64,000 nt of DNA from Acutalibacteraceae bacterium (GTDB taxonomy: Bacteria > Bacillota > Clostridia > Oscillospirales > Acutalibacteraceae). Positions 33,881 through 43,682 of the stretch are shown here, piece by piece. The DNA lies in the NCBI GenBank assembly GCA_045604205.1, contig JAZUNQ010000013.1:4230-68229 (forward strand). The letters run 5' to 3'. Made by a program: the position numbers and the translations under genes. The stretch's first letter is position 1. Each line of letters begins with the position of its first letter. Below the pieces are notes generated by a model, which was not told where the DNA came from, did no database searches, and saw nothing but the letters and a program-made list of their open reading frames with translations.

Positions 33881-34969
33881 ATGACTGAACTTGAAAAGGC
33901 AAGACAAACGATAAATGACGTTGATAAGCAGATGGCAGAGCTTTTTGAAAAAAGAATGGATGCCGCTCGTATTGTTGCCGAATATAAAAAAGAAAACGGA
34001 CTTAAAATAGACGACTTTGCACGTGAAGAGCAAATCATTGCAAAAAACACATCGCTTATAAAAGATGAAGATTATAGGTCGTATTACGTAAACTTTTTGA
34101 AGGAAACCATAACCCTTTCAAAACTTTTACAGCATCGCTTACTTGAGGGTATGCGTGTTGCGTACAGCGGCGTTGAGGGTGCGTTTGCAAATATTGTAGC
34201 ATGTCGTATTTTCCCCGATGCCAACTGTGTAGGATACACCGACTTTAAGGCGGCTTACAATGCCGTTGTAAACGGTGAGTGTGATTGTGCAGTATTGCCG
34301 ATTGAAAACAGCTTTAACGGTGACGTTGGAAAGGTTATGGACCTAAGCTTTTTTGGTTCTCTTTTTGTAAACGGTATTTATGAGGCTGAAATAGTACAAA
34401 ATCTGCTTGGTGTTAAGGGCGCAAAAATTGAGGATATTAAGACTGTAATCAGTCATTCACAGGCGCTTGGTCAATGTGCAACCTATATTGAAAAGCACGG
34501 GTTTAAAACGCTGGAAGCGGTTAATACTGCAGTTGCGGCAAAGACCGTTGCCGAAAGCGCAGATAAAACTGTTGCCGCTATAGCCAGTGAAGAGGCGGCA
34601 GAAAAATTTGGTCTTGTAAAGCTCGAATCACATATTAACGAAAGCAATCAAAACTCAACTCGATTTGCCGTTTTTTCACGAAGCGAAAAGGCACATCTGC
34701 CGACAGACAATCACTTTATAATGCTTTTTACCGTAAACAATGCGGCCGGCTCTTTGGGTAAGGCAATTTCAGTAATAGGTGAACACGGCTTTAATCTAAA
34801 AGCACTTAAAAGCAGACCTACAAAAGAACTTGTCTGGGACTATTATTTCTATGCCGAGGGCGAAGGAAATATTGGTAGCGAGCAGGGCGAAAAAATGCTT
34901 TCCGAGCTTTCGAATTGTTGCTCTAACTTAAAAATTCTTGGTAGTTTTGAAAAAGAAGTAAAGGTGTAA
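33881..34969 (+). CDS. pheA: Bifunctional chorismate mutase / prephenate dehydratase
   Basis: 362 aa. AroQ-type chorismate mutase N-domain, a prephenate dehydratase domain (VAYSGVEGAF, LPIENSFNG, NSTRFAVF) and a C-terminal ACT domain. Confidence 0.9.
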   Translation: MTELEKARQTINDVDKQMAELFEKRMDAARIVAEYKKENGLKIDDFAREEQIIAKNTSLIKDEDYRSYYVNFLKETITLSKLLQHRLLEGMRVAYSGVEGAFANIVACRIFPDANCVGYTDFKAAYNAVVNGECDCAVLPIENSFNGDVGKVMDLSFFGSLFVNGIYEAEIVQNLLGVKGAKIEDIKTVISHSQALGQCATYIEKHGFKTLEAVNTAVAAKTVAESADKTVAAIASEEAAEKFGLVKLESHINESNQNSTRFAVFSRSEKAHLPTDNHFIMLFTVNNAAGSLGKAISVIGEHGFNLKALKSRPTKELVWDYYFYAEGEGNIGSEQGEKMLSELSNCCSNLKILGSFEKEVKV

Positions 34970-34972
34970 TTT

Positions 34973-35974
34973 ATGATAATTCCCGTAAAAACGCAAAACG
35001 GCGGTTATAATATTTATCTTGAACGTGGCGCACTGCATCGTGCCGGACAGTATTTTAATCTTGACCGTAACGTGCTTATTGTTACAGACGACGGTGTACC
35101 TGCAGAGTATGCCAAGGCTGTGGCTTTGCAATGCCGCACGTCTTTGACGGTGGTGTTTCCACAGGGTGAGGCATCCAAAAATTTTGACACCTATAAAAGC
35201 ATACTTTCAGCGCTTGTAAATGGCGGATTCACTCGCACCGATTGCGTTGTTGCAGTAGGCGGCGGTGTTGTAGGCGATATGGCAGGCTTTGCGGCGGCAA
35301 GTTTTATGCGTGGTATAGATTTTTACAATATACCCACTACCGTGCTGTCACAGGTTGACTCGTCGGTAGGCGGTAAAACTGCAATTGACTTTGACGGATA
35401 TAAAAATATTGTGGGCGCATTTCACCAACCAAAGGGCGTAATAATTGATTCAGATACATTAAAAACCTTGCCCGAACGTCAGATTTCCAATGGGCTTGCC
35501 GAATCGGTTAAGATGGCGCTTACACACGATAGTGAGCTTTTTGCTATGTTTGAAAGCGACAGTTTTGACATTGATACCGTAATTGAACGCTCAATAAAAA
35601 TCAAGCGTTCGGTGGTTGAGGAAGACGAAAAAGAATCGGGACTTCGAAAGGTGCTTAACTTTGGTCATACGGTAGGTCACGCTATAGAAAGCAACACCCC
35701 AAGCCTTTACCACGGTGAATGTGTGGCGCTTGGTATGTTGCCGATGTGTAGTGGTGATATAAGAGAAAGACTTATTTTAGTGCTTAAAAAATTAAATTTA
35801 CCGACTACGGTAGATTGCAACACGCAAAAAATTATTGATACTATGAGCCACGATAAAAAAATGGCAGGCGATACGATTTCGGTAGTAAGGGTAGAAACTG
35901 CAGGTAGTTTTAACATAGCAAAACTGCAGTTTACCGATTTTGCAGATGAGATAAGGGCGGTGTATAAAGCATGA
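34973..35974 (+). CDS. aroB: 3-dehydroquinate synthase
   Basis: 333 aa with GGGVVGDMAGFAAA and VDSSVGGKTAID. Confidence 0.92.
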   Translation: MIIPVKTQNGGYNIYLERGALHRAGQYFNLDRNVLIVTDDGVPAEYAKAVALQCRTSLTVVFPQGEASKNFDTYKSILSALVNGGFTRTDCVVAVGGGVVGDMAGFAAASFMRGIDFYNIPTTVLSQVDSSVGGKTAIDFDGYKNIVGAFHQPKGVIIDSDTLKTLPERQISNGLAESVKMALTHDSELFAMFESDSFDIDTVIERSIKIKRSVVEEDEKESGLRKVLNFGHTVGHAIESNTPSLYHGECVALGMLPMCSGDIRERLILVLKKLNLPTTVDCNTQKIIDTMSHDKKMAGDTISVVRVETAGSFNIAKLQFTDFADEIRAVYKA

Positions 35975-37059
35975 AAAACACCATAGGAAATTCGCTTACA
36001 GTAACGCTGTTTGGTGAAAGTCACGGCAAAGCGATAGGCGCCGTAATAGACGGCATTGCGTCGGGTATTAAGGTTGACGAAGAATATATTGCTTCTCAGC
36101 TTTTACGTCGCAGACCAAAGGATGCATTATCTACACCCAGACAGGAAAAGGACGAATTCAGTATTTTAAGCGGTGTTTTTAACGGATACACTACCGGTAC
36201 ACCAATTTGCATTTCTATCCCAAATGCCGATACTCATTCGGCAGATTACGGTGAAATGCAGTACAAAATGCGACCTTCTCACGCAGACTTTACTGCAAAC
36301 TGTCGCTATAACGGTTTTGAAGATTATCGTGGCGGCGGTCACTTTAGCGGCAGAATAACTGCGGCACTTGTTGCGGCTGGCGCATTGGTAATGCCGGCGC
36401 TTAATAAAAAAGGCATTTATATTGGAACACATATTAAAAATATTGCAGGAATCGCTGACGGTGATTTTACCTGCGAACAGGATATTATTGACATCTCTAA
36501 AAAAGATTTTCCTGTTTTAAGCGACGAATTAGGAAAAGCAATGCAGGAAAAAATTCTTGCAGCCAAGGCTGACGGCAATAGCGTTGGCGGTATACTGCAA
36601 ACTGCTGTAATCGGCTTGCCGGCAGGCGTTGGTGAACCGTGGTTTGACACGGTAGAAGGTATGCTTTCACACGCTGTATTTTCTATCCCTGCTGTAAAGG
36701 GTGTTGAATTTGGTCTGGGCTTTCAGTTTGCCGATAAAACAGGAAGTGAGGCAAATGACCAGATGTATGTAGACGGTGACACAGTTAAATGCTTTACAAA
36801 CAATAATGGCGGTGTAATCGGTGGCATTACAAACGGTATGCCGATAATTTTTAACACCGTTATAAAACCGACACCAACAATAGGAAAAGAACAAAAAACA
36901 GTAGATATTAACACTATGAGCAATACAACGCTTGCGGCTCGTGGCAGACACGACCCGTGCATTGTTCATCGTGCGGCGGTTGTGGTTGAGAGTGTAACTG
37001 CTTTGGTAATAGCAGATATGCTTGCATCTAAATTTGGTACAGATTGGTTGGCTAAATAA
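35971..37059 (+). CDS. aroC: Chorismate synthase
   Basis: 362 aa with FGESHG, RPSHAD and GGGHFSGR motifs. Overlaps aroB by ATGA. Confidence 0.95.
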   Translation: MKNTIGNSLTVTLFGESHGKAIGAVIDGIASGIKVDEEYIASQLLRRRPKDALSTPRQEKDEFSILSGVFNGYTTGTPICISIPNADTHSADYGEMQYKMRPSHADFTANCRYNGFEDYRGGGHFSGRITAALVAAGALVMPALNKKGIYIGTHIKNIAGIADGDFTCEQDIIDISKKDFPVLSDELGKAMQEKILAAKADGNSVGGILQTAVIGLPAGVGEPWFDTVEGMLSHAVFSIPAVKGVEFGLGFQFADKTGSEANDQMYVDGDTVKCFTNNNGGVIGGITNGMPIIFNTVIKPTPTIGKEQKTVDINTMSNTTLAARGRHDPCIVHRAAVVVESVTALVIADMLASKFGTDWLAK

Positions 37060-38297
37060 TGGAATACGGCTGTATTGGTGAAAAACTGACACACAGTTTT
37101 TCTAAAGAGATACATAATCTGCTTGTTTGTTATGATTATAAAATTAAAGAAATTCCAAAAGGACAGCTTGACGGATTTATGACCCAAAAGGATTTTAAGG
37201 CTATAAACGTAACAATACCCTATAAGCAGGATGTAATACCTTATCTTGATTGGATTAGTGATACTGCAAAAACAATAGGCGCAGTAAACACAATAGTAAA
37301 CCGTAAAGGTAAGCTTTATGGGTATAATACCGATTTTGCCGGTATGACTGCTTTAATAAAGCTAAACGGTATAGACGTTAGCGGTAAGCAAGTATTGATC
37401 TTAGGTAGCGGCGGCACATCTAAAACAGCGGTTGCCGTTGCAAACGCTTTGGGAGCAGTTAGTGTAAAACGTGTGTCACGCACGGCAAAGGAAGACTGTA
37501 TTACCTATGAGGACGCATACAAAAACTATTCTGATAGCGAGATTATAATTAATACAACTCCTTGCGGTATGTATCCAAATATTATTGGTGAACCGATTGA
37601 TATTGACCGTTTTGCAAGTTGCGAGGCTGTGGTTGATGCTATTTATAACCCGCTTCGTTCAAACCTTGTGATAAAAGCAAAAAACAAGGGCATTAAAGCC
37701 ACGGGCGGTCTTTATATGTTGGTTGCCCAAGCGGCATTTGCGGTAGAACTTTTTATAGATACTACCATAAGTGAAGAAAAAATTTATGACGTTTATAAAA
37801 AAATAGTATCCGCAAAACGCAATATTGTACTCACGGGTATGCCTTCAAGCGGTAAGAGTACTGTTGGTAAACGTTTGGCAGAAGAGCTTGGTATGGATTT
37901 TATTGACACCGATACCGAGATTGAAAAGTTAGCGGGCAAAAACATACCTCAAATTTTTAAAGATTTGGGAGAAGACGGTTTTCGTGATATAGAAAGTCAG
38001 GTTATAGCCGAGGCTTCGGCAAGGCAAAATGTGGTTATATCAACAGGCGGCGGAGCAATTTTGCGTCCGCAAAACATTACCTTGCTTAAGGGGAACGGAA
38101 CAATATATTTTATTGACCGACCACTCGAGCTGCTTATTACAACCGATGACCGACCGCTTTCAAGCAATCGTGACGATCTTGTAAAAAGATATAACGAGCG
38201 ATATGATATTTACTGCGTTACTGCAGATAAAAAGGTGTTAAATGACCAAAAAACAGAGACCGTCATCAACACGATAAAGGAAGATTTTTTAAAATGA
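37059..38297 (+). CDS. aroE: Fused shikimate dehydrogenase / shikimate kinase
   Basis: 412 aa. The N-terminal ~250 aa are AroE-like (NVTIPYK, GAVNT, GSGGTSKA). The C-terminal ~160 aa are AroK-like (P-loop GMPSSGKSTVGK, then DTD). Confidence 0.88.
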   Translation: MEYGCIGEKLTHSFSKEIHNLLVCYDYKIKEIPKGQLDGFMTQKDFKAINVTIPYKQDVIPYLDWISDTAKTIGAVNTIVNRKGKLYGYNTDFAGMTALIKLNGIDVSGKQVLILGSGGTSKTAVAVANALGAVSVKRVSRTAKEDCITYEDAYKNYSDSEIIINTTPCGMYPNIIGEPIDIDRFASCEAVVDAIYNPLRSNLVIKAKNKGIKATGGLYMLVAQAAFAVELFIDTTISEEKIYDVYKKIVSAKRNIVLTGMPSSGKSTVGKRLAEELGMDFIDTDTEIEKLAGKNIPQIFKDLGEDGFRDIESQVIAEASARQNVVISTGGGAILRPQNITLLKGNGTIYFIDRPLELLITTDDRPLSSNRDDLVKRYNERYDIYCVTADKKVLNDQKTETVINTIKEDFLK

Positions 38298-38731
38298 AAA
38301 TACTTGTAATTAATGGTCCAAATCTTAATATGCTTGGTATTCGTGAGCCTGATATTTACGGCAAAAACACCTATGCCGATTTATGCAATCTTATCACCGA
38401 TTACGCTGAAAACAAGGGTGTGGAGATAGAATTGTTTCAGTCAAATCACGAAGGTGCGCTTGTTGATAAAATTCAGGCGGCATACGGCTGTTTTGACGGA
38501 ATTGTTATTAATCCAGCGGCATATACACATACAAGCGTAGCAATACTTGATGCCGTAAAATCGGTCGGAATTCCTACCGTTGAGGTGCATATTTCTGCCG
38601 TAGAAACACGTGAAGATTTTCGTCAGGTAAGTTATATACGTGCGGCTTGTATCAAGACAATAACAGGTCTTGGATTTGACGGATATTTAAAAGCCATTGA
38701 TACATTAATTGATAACGGAAAAGACTTATGA
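38294..38731 (+). CDS. aroQ: Type II 3-dehydroquinate dehydratase
   Basis: 145 aa with ILVINGPNLNMLGIREPDIYG and HTSVAI. Confidence 0.93.
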   Translation: MKILVINGPNLNMLGIREPDIYGKNTYADLCNLITDYAENKGVEIELFQSNHEGALVDKIQAAYGCFDGIVINPAAYTHTSVAILDAVKSVGIPTVEVHISAVETREDFRQVSYIRAACIKTITGLGFDGYLKAIDTLIDNGKDL

Positions 38732-39927
38732 TTGTTACTATAAAAAAATCTAAGGCAAAGGGTACAATAGCCGCACCGCCGTCAAAGTCTATGGCGCACA
38801 GAGCACTTATTTGCGGTGCGTTGTCGGACGGTAGCAAAATTAAAAACATTGAATATTCAAATGATATACTTGCAACGCTTGATTGCCTGTCTGCTTTGGG
38901 TTGTGAAATTTGTAAAAGTGATAACGTAATAAAACTTGGGGGTCTTGACCCATTTATTGCAAAAAGCACAACGCTTGACTGTCGTGAAAGCGGTAGTACA
39001 CTTCGGTTTATGATACCGCTTTGTATGTTGTCGGGAAACAAAATTACTCTTAAAGGTAGCGAAAGACTTTTTGCTCGCAACCTTTCAATTTATGAAGAGA
39101 TTGCAAAGCAAAACGGTATCGTGTTTAAAAAGGGTGAAGGCAGTCTTACCGTATGCGGTAAACTAAAAGCAGGTGACTATAAGGTTAAGGGTGATATATC
39201 AAGCCAGTTTATATCGGGATTGCTTTTTGCTTTACCTCTTTTAGAATACGACAGTACGCTTGAAATAACAGGTGAATATGAAAGCGAACCGTACGTTGAC
39301 CTAACATTAAAATCACTTGAAGATTTTGGCATAAAGATAGAAAAATGCGGCCGCATATATAAAATAAAGGGCGGTCAGAAATATATATCAAAAGATATAT
39401 TTGTTGAGGGCGACTACTCTAATGCGGCATTTTTAGATGGTTTTAATCTTTTGGACGGCGATGTAACGGTTACAGGACTTGAAGACACCTCACTTCAAGG
39501 CGACAAGATATATAAGCAGATGTATAAAGCGCTCAAAAACGGTGAAAAGCAGTTTGATTTATCAAACTGTCCGGACCTTGCTCCCGTTATGTTTGCTTTA
39601 TCTGCAACTTTTGGCGGTGCGCATTTTACGGGTACTCGCCGCCTTAAAATAAAGGAAAGTGACCGTGCCGTTGCTATGCAACAAGAACTTTTAAAGTTTG
39701 GCATAAAGGTTAATGTTGGTGAAAACGATGTTACCGTATGTGACGGTGAACTAAAAACACCAAATGAAACACTTTGCGGACACAATGACCACCGAATTGT
39801 AATGGCTCTTTCTTTGCTTTGTAGCCTTACAGGCGGCAGTATTGATGAAGCCGAATCGGTAGCAAAAAGCTATCCCGATTATTTTGAAAAAATAAAATCT
39901 CTTGGAATACAAGTTTTGGAACAGTGA
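38728..39927 (+). CDS. aroA: 3-phosphoshikimate 1-carboxyvinyltransferase (EPSP synthase)
   Basis: 399 aa with PPSKSMAHRAL, GSTLRF and DHRIVMAL. Confidence 0.92.
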   Translation: MIVTIKKSKAKGTIAAPPSKSMAHRALICGALSDGSKIKNIEYSNDILATLDCLSALGCEICKSDNVIKLGGLDPFIAKSTTLDCRESGSTLRFMIPLCMLSGNKITLKGSERLFARNLSIYEEIAKQNGIVFKKGEGSLTVCGKLKAGDYKVKGDISSQFISGLLFALPLLEYDSTLEITGEYESEPYVDLTLKSLEDFGIKIEKCGRIYKIKGGQKYISKDIFVEGDYSNAAFLDGFNLLDGDVTVTGLEDTSLQGDKIYKQMYKALKNGEKQFDLSNCPDLAPVMFALSATFGGAHFTGTRRLKIKESDRAVAMQQELLKFGIKVNVGENDVTVCDGELKTPNETLCGHNDHRIVMALSLLCSLTGGSIDEAESVAKSYPDYFEKIKSLGIQVLEQ

Positions 39928-40802
39928 TAAAAATGAATTTAAGCGATGTAAAAAATGTTTTGATTGTAGGCTTGGGCCTTTTGGGTGGCAGTTACGCCAA
40001 GGCGCTTACAAAAAAAGGCTTTGATGTAAAGGTCATAACCCTTAATCAAGAAGATATAGATTATGCTATGAGTGAAGGCTTTATTTCGGGCGGCAGCACG
40101 CAGGTTGACCCCGATTTAATAGCGGACTCACAGCTTATAATATTTGCACTTTATCCGCACACATTTATTGAGTGGATAGAAAGTTACGGTAATCTTATAA
40201 AACCCGGTACGGTTATAACCGACGTTACCGGCGTTAAAGGATGCATAGTAGAAAAGGTGCAAAATATGCTACCGCAGGGTGTTGAGTTTATTTCGGCTCA
40301 CCCTATGGCTGGTAAAGAAACATGTGGTGTGCGCAGTGCAGACGACAGCATATTTCGTACGGCAAACTACATTGTTGTACCGACCAATCGCAACACACCC
40401 GACGGTATAAGACTTTGCTGTGATTTGGGTCGTGCGCTTGGTTTTAACGATATTTCGAGCCTTACCGTTCGTCAACACGACGAGATGATAGCCTTTTTGT
40501 CTCAGCTTACACACGGTATTGCAATATCTCTTATGTGCGCAAACGGTGACCCCAATCTTGTGAGATATACCGGTGACTCCTTTCGTGATCTTACCAGAAT
40601 TGCAAATATTAACGATGAGATGTGGAGTGAGCTGTTTCTTGCTAATCGAGAAGCACTGCTTCAGGAAATGGACGGCTACCGTGATGCGTTTAATAGGCTT
40701 TATGACACTATCAAAAACGGTGACCGTGACGCTATGCGAGATATGATGAGATTATCATCTGCTCGCAGAAAGACATTTAACGAAGGTGAAAAACTGATAT
40801 GA
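39924..40802 (+). CDS. tyrA: Prephenate dehydrogenase
   Basis: 292 aa with the NAD-binding fold VLIVGLGLLGGSYA and SAHPMAGKE. The start is either GTG 39924 (GTGA overlap) or ATG 39933. Confidence 0.88.
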   Translation: MIKMNLSDVKNVLIVGLGLLGGSYAKALTKKGFDVKVITLNQEDIDYAMSEGFISGGSTQVDPDLIADSQLIIFALYPHTFIEWIESYGNLIKPGTVITDVTGVKGCIVEKVQNMLPQGVEFISAHPMAGKETCGVRSADDSIFRTANYIVVPTNRNTPDGIRLCCDLGRALGFNDISSLTVRQHDEMIAFLSQLTHGIAISLMCANGDPNLVRYTGDSFRDLTRIANINDEMWSELFLANREALLQEMDGYRDAFNRLYDTIKNGDRDAMRDMMRLSSARRKTFNEGEKLI

Positions 40803-41830
40803 GTATGGATTTTAAACGGAAACTACCAATTCCAAAGGAGATAAAGGAGCAATATCCCGTAACCGAAAAATTAGCGTTGGTAAAGGCTCAACGTGACGAG
40901 GACATAAAGGCTGTATTCAAGAGTGAGTCGGATAAGTTTTTGCTTATAATCGGACCCTGCTCTGCCGATAACGAAGATGCGGTGCTTGATTATATGGGCA
41001 GACTTAAAAAGGTGTCAGATGAGGTTCGGGATAAAATTATAGTTATTCCTCGTGTTTATACCAATAAACCACGTACTACCGGCGAAGGCTACAAGGGTAT
41101 GTTGCATCAACCAAATCCCGAAGAACAACCCGATATGCTAAAGGGTATAATCGCTATTCGTGATTTGCATATGAGAGCGCTTGCCGACTACGGCTTTACC
41201 TGTGCCGATGAAATGCTTTACCCTGAAAATTACCGTTATCTTTCGGATGTTTTAGGCTACGTTGCCATTGGTGCACGCTCGGTAGAAAATCAACAGCACC
41301 GCCTTGTGTCAAGCGGCATTTCAATTCCTGTTGGTATGAAAAATCCAACCAGCGGTGACCTTACCGTAATGATGAATTCTATTAAAGCGGCACAGACTTC
41401 TCACACCTATTTGTATCGTGGTTGGGAGGTTACAAGCTCGGGTAACGAAACTGCCCACGCAATACTTAGAGGATATATGGATTTTGCAGGCAGAAATATT
41501 TCTAACTACCATTATGAAGATATTGCTCATCTTTGTGAGCTTTACGAAGAATATGGACTTAAAAATCCGTCGGTTATTATTGATGCAAACCACGCAAACT
41601 CATCTAAAAAACATCTTGAGCAGATACGCATAGCAAAAGACGTTGTTTACAGTCGTAATCATAATGATAATATCAAACACCTTGTAAAAGGTATTATGAT
41701 TGAGAGTTATATTGAAGACGGCGCTCAAAAGATTGGTGAGCACGTGTACGGCAAATCAATTACCGACCCGTGTCTTGGCTGGGAAAAGACACAAAACCTT
41801 ATTTATAAAATTGCTGATAGTCTGGAGTGA
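40799..41830 (+). CDS. 3-deoxy-7-phosphoheptulonate (DAHP) synthase, class I (AroF/G/H-like)
   Basis: 343 aa with LLIIGPCSADNED and KPRTTGEGYKGM. Last biosynthetic gene of the operon. Confidence 0.88.
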   Translation: MSMDFKRKLPIPKEIKEQYPVTEKLALVKAQRDEDIKAVFKSESDKFLLIIGPCSADNEDAVLDYMGRLKKVSDEVRDKIIVIPRVYTNKPRTTGEGYKGMLHQPNPEEQPDMLKGIIAIRDLHMRALADYGFTCADEMLYPENYRYLSDVLGYVAIGARSVENQQHRLVSSGISIPVGMKNPTSGDLTVMMNSIKAAQTSHTYLYRGWEVTSSGNETAHAILRGYMDFAGRNISNYHYEDIAHLCELYEEYGLKNPSVIIDANHANSSKKHLEQIRIAKDVVYSRNHNDNIKHLVKGIMIESYIEDGAQKIGEHVYGKSITDPCLGWEKTQNLIYKIADSLE

Positions 41831-41834
41831 TAAT

Positions 41835-42101
41835 ATGTCATCCTTTATAGTTGCATTTATCTTTGCAATCGGTCAGATTTTATTAACCGAACAGCTGATA
41901 AAAAGCTTTGAAAAACAAGACAAGAAAAAAACCGCTATATTTTTTGGCGTTAAATTTACATCATACGGAATAGCGGCAGCTCTTGTGATTTTTAAGTATA
42001 TATTTGACCTGTCATCAATCTTTTGTGGATTTTTAGCCGGTGTGCCGATAGCAATTATTGCATTGTTTGCATATAAGGTCATATACAAAAAGAAAAAATA
42101 A
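41835..42101 (+). CDS. Small hydrophobic membrane protein (88 aa, about 3 TM segments)
   Basis: The ATG at 41835 lies 4 nt after the DAHP synthase stop. The track ORF (start 41700) overlaps the upstream gene in another frame. Confidence 0.5.
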   Translation: MSSFIVAFIFAIGQILLTEQLIKSFEKQDKKKTAIFFGVKFTSYGIAAALVIFKYIFDLSSIFCGFLAGVPIAIIALFAYKVIYKKKK

Positions 42102-42110
42102 ATTTAAGTC

Positions 42111-42181
42111 GTAGGGACCGGCGTCCCCGACGGTCCGTAGAGGTAATTAAGCTCACGGACTGTCCGGAGGCCAGTCCCTAC
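42111..42181. repeat. GC-rich palindromic intergenic element
   Basis: The outer inverted repeat GTAGGGAC / GTCCCTAC encloses GGACCG...CGGTCC and GGACTG...CAGTCC hairpins. It forms a GC-rich island in AT-rich spacer. Confidence 0.6.
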
Positions 42182-42227
42182 ATTGTTTTATTATATTTAT
42201 CGAAAATCTCTTTAGAGATTTATATCA

Positions 42228-42256
42228 CTGACGCAAACTTAGTTTGCGTCAGTTTG
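42228..42256 (+). terminator. Terminator hairpin
   Basis: Stem CTGACGCAAAC-tta-GTTTGCGTCAG followed by TTTG. Confidence 0.6.
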
Positions 42257-42275
42257 TAAACTTTTTATTTTTCAA

Positions 42276-42304
42276 TTGACTTTAATACGTTGATATTGTA
42301 AAAT
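42276..42304 (+). promoter_or_regulatory. SigA-type promoter for pyrH-frr
   Basis: TTGACT (42276-42281), a 17-nt spacer, then TAAAAT (42299-42304). Confidence 0.55.
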
Positions 42305-42341
42305 AATATTAAATATAAATATATAGTTGGGGGAGTTATGT

Positions 42342-43046
42342 ATGAAACCCGTTTATAAGCGTGTTTTGCTTAAACTCAGTGGCGAGGTATTGGCCGGAGA
42401 AAAAGGAACAGGTATTGATTTTGATAAGGTTACAGAAGTTTGTGAATACATTAAAGAATGCGTTGATTTAGGTGTCCAAATTGCCATTGTTGTAGGTGGC
42501 GGTAACTTCTGGAGAGGTCGTTCAAGCGGAAAAATGGATCGCACCAGAGCTGACCATATGGGTATGCTTGCGACAACCATCAACTCATTAGCGCTTTGTG
42601 ACACGCTTGAACAGTTAGGTGTTACAACCAGAGTGCAAACAGCAATAGAGATGCGTCAGGTTGCTGAACCGTATATCCGTAACAAAGCAGTACGTCATCT
42701 TGAAAAAGGCAGAGTGGTAATCTTTGGTTGCGGTACAGGCAATCCATTCTTTTCTACCGATACTGCGGCGGCTTTGCGTGGTGCTGAAATTTGCGCTGAT
42801 GTAATCTTTAAGGCTACCAATGTTGACGGTGTTTATGACTCTGATCCCAAAACAAACCCGAACGCTAAAAAGTATGATACCCTTACTCATCACGATGTTT
42901 TGGCTAAAGAACTTCACGTTATGGACTCTACCGCTGCTTCGCTTTGTATGGATAACGGTATTGATATACTTGTTTTCAACCTTAACAACCCACACAATAT
43001 TGTTGATGCCGTTTGCGGTAAAACCATCGGCACATTAGTAAAATAA
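42342..43046 (+). CDS. pyrH: UMP kinase
   Basis: [11 protein letters not shown] and [10 protein letters not shown]. The ATG at 42342 has the RBS GGGGGAG. Confidence 0.95.
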   Translation: MKPVYKRVLLKLSGEVLAGEKGTGIDFDKVTEVCEYIKECVDLGVQIAIVVGGGNFWRGRSSGKMDRTRADHMGMLATTINSLALCDTLEQLGVTTRVQTAIEMRQVAEPYIRNKAVRHLEKGRVVIFGCGTGNPFFSTDTAAALRGAEICADVIFKATNVDGVYDSDPKTNPNAKKYDTLTHHDVLAKELHVMDSTAASLCMDNGIDILVFNLNNPHNIVDAVCGKTIGTLVK

Positions 43047-43063
43047 TTTTTTAGGAGAAATTT

Positions 43064-43618
43064 ATGAACGAACTAATTAAAATTACCGAAGAAAAGATGA
43101 ATAAATCTATAGATGCATTAGAACGTGAATACAAATCAATAAGAGCAGGTCGTGCAAATGCGGCAGTTCTTGACCGTGTTAACGTTGACTATTACGGTGT
43201 GCCTACACCTGTTCAGCAAATGGCGGCAGTTTCTGTTCCGGAACCACGTACACTTCTTATTACCCCTTGGGATAAGACAACATTAAAGGATATTGAAAAA
43301 GCTATCCTTACTTCTGAGATTGGTATCAATCCTCAAAACGACGGCACATGTATCCGTCTTAATTTCCCACCCCTTACCGAAGAGCGTCGTAAGGACATAG
43401 TTAAGGATATTCGCAAAAAAGGTGAAGATTCAAAGGTTGCTGTTCGTAATCAGCGCCGTGATGCTTTAGATAAACTTAAAGCACTTAAGAAAAACAATGC
43501 TATCACAGAAGACGATGAATCAAACGGAGAGAAAAAGATTCAGAATCTTACCGACAAGTTCTGTAAAGAAATTGATGAGCTTGCAACCATTAAAGAAAAA
43601 GAAATAATGGAAATCTAA
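43064..43618 (+). CDS. frr: Ribosome recycling factor
   Basis: 184 aa with RAGRANAAVLD and PPLTEERRKD. Confidence 0.95.
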   Translation: MNELIKITEEKMNKSIDALEREYKSIRAGRANAAVLDRVNVDYYGVPTPVQQMAAVSVPEPRTLLITPWDKTTLKDIEKAILTSEIGINPQNDGTCIRLNFPPLTEERRKDIVKDIRKKGEDSKVAVRNQRRDALDKLKALKKNNAITEDDESNGEKKIQNLTDKFCKEIDELATIKEKEIMEI

Positions 43619-43682
43619 AATGTAAGAGTAAGAGCGGGTTTTATAATCCGCTCTAATTGTCCTTTTGAAAAGAGGTTTTTAT

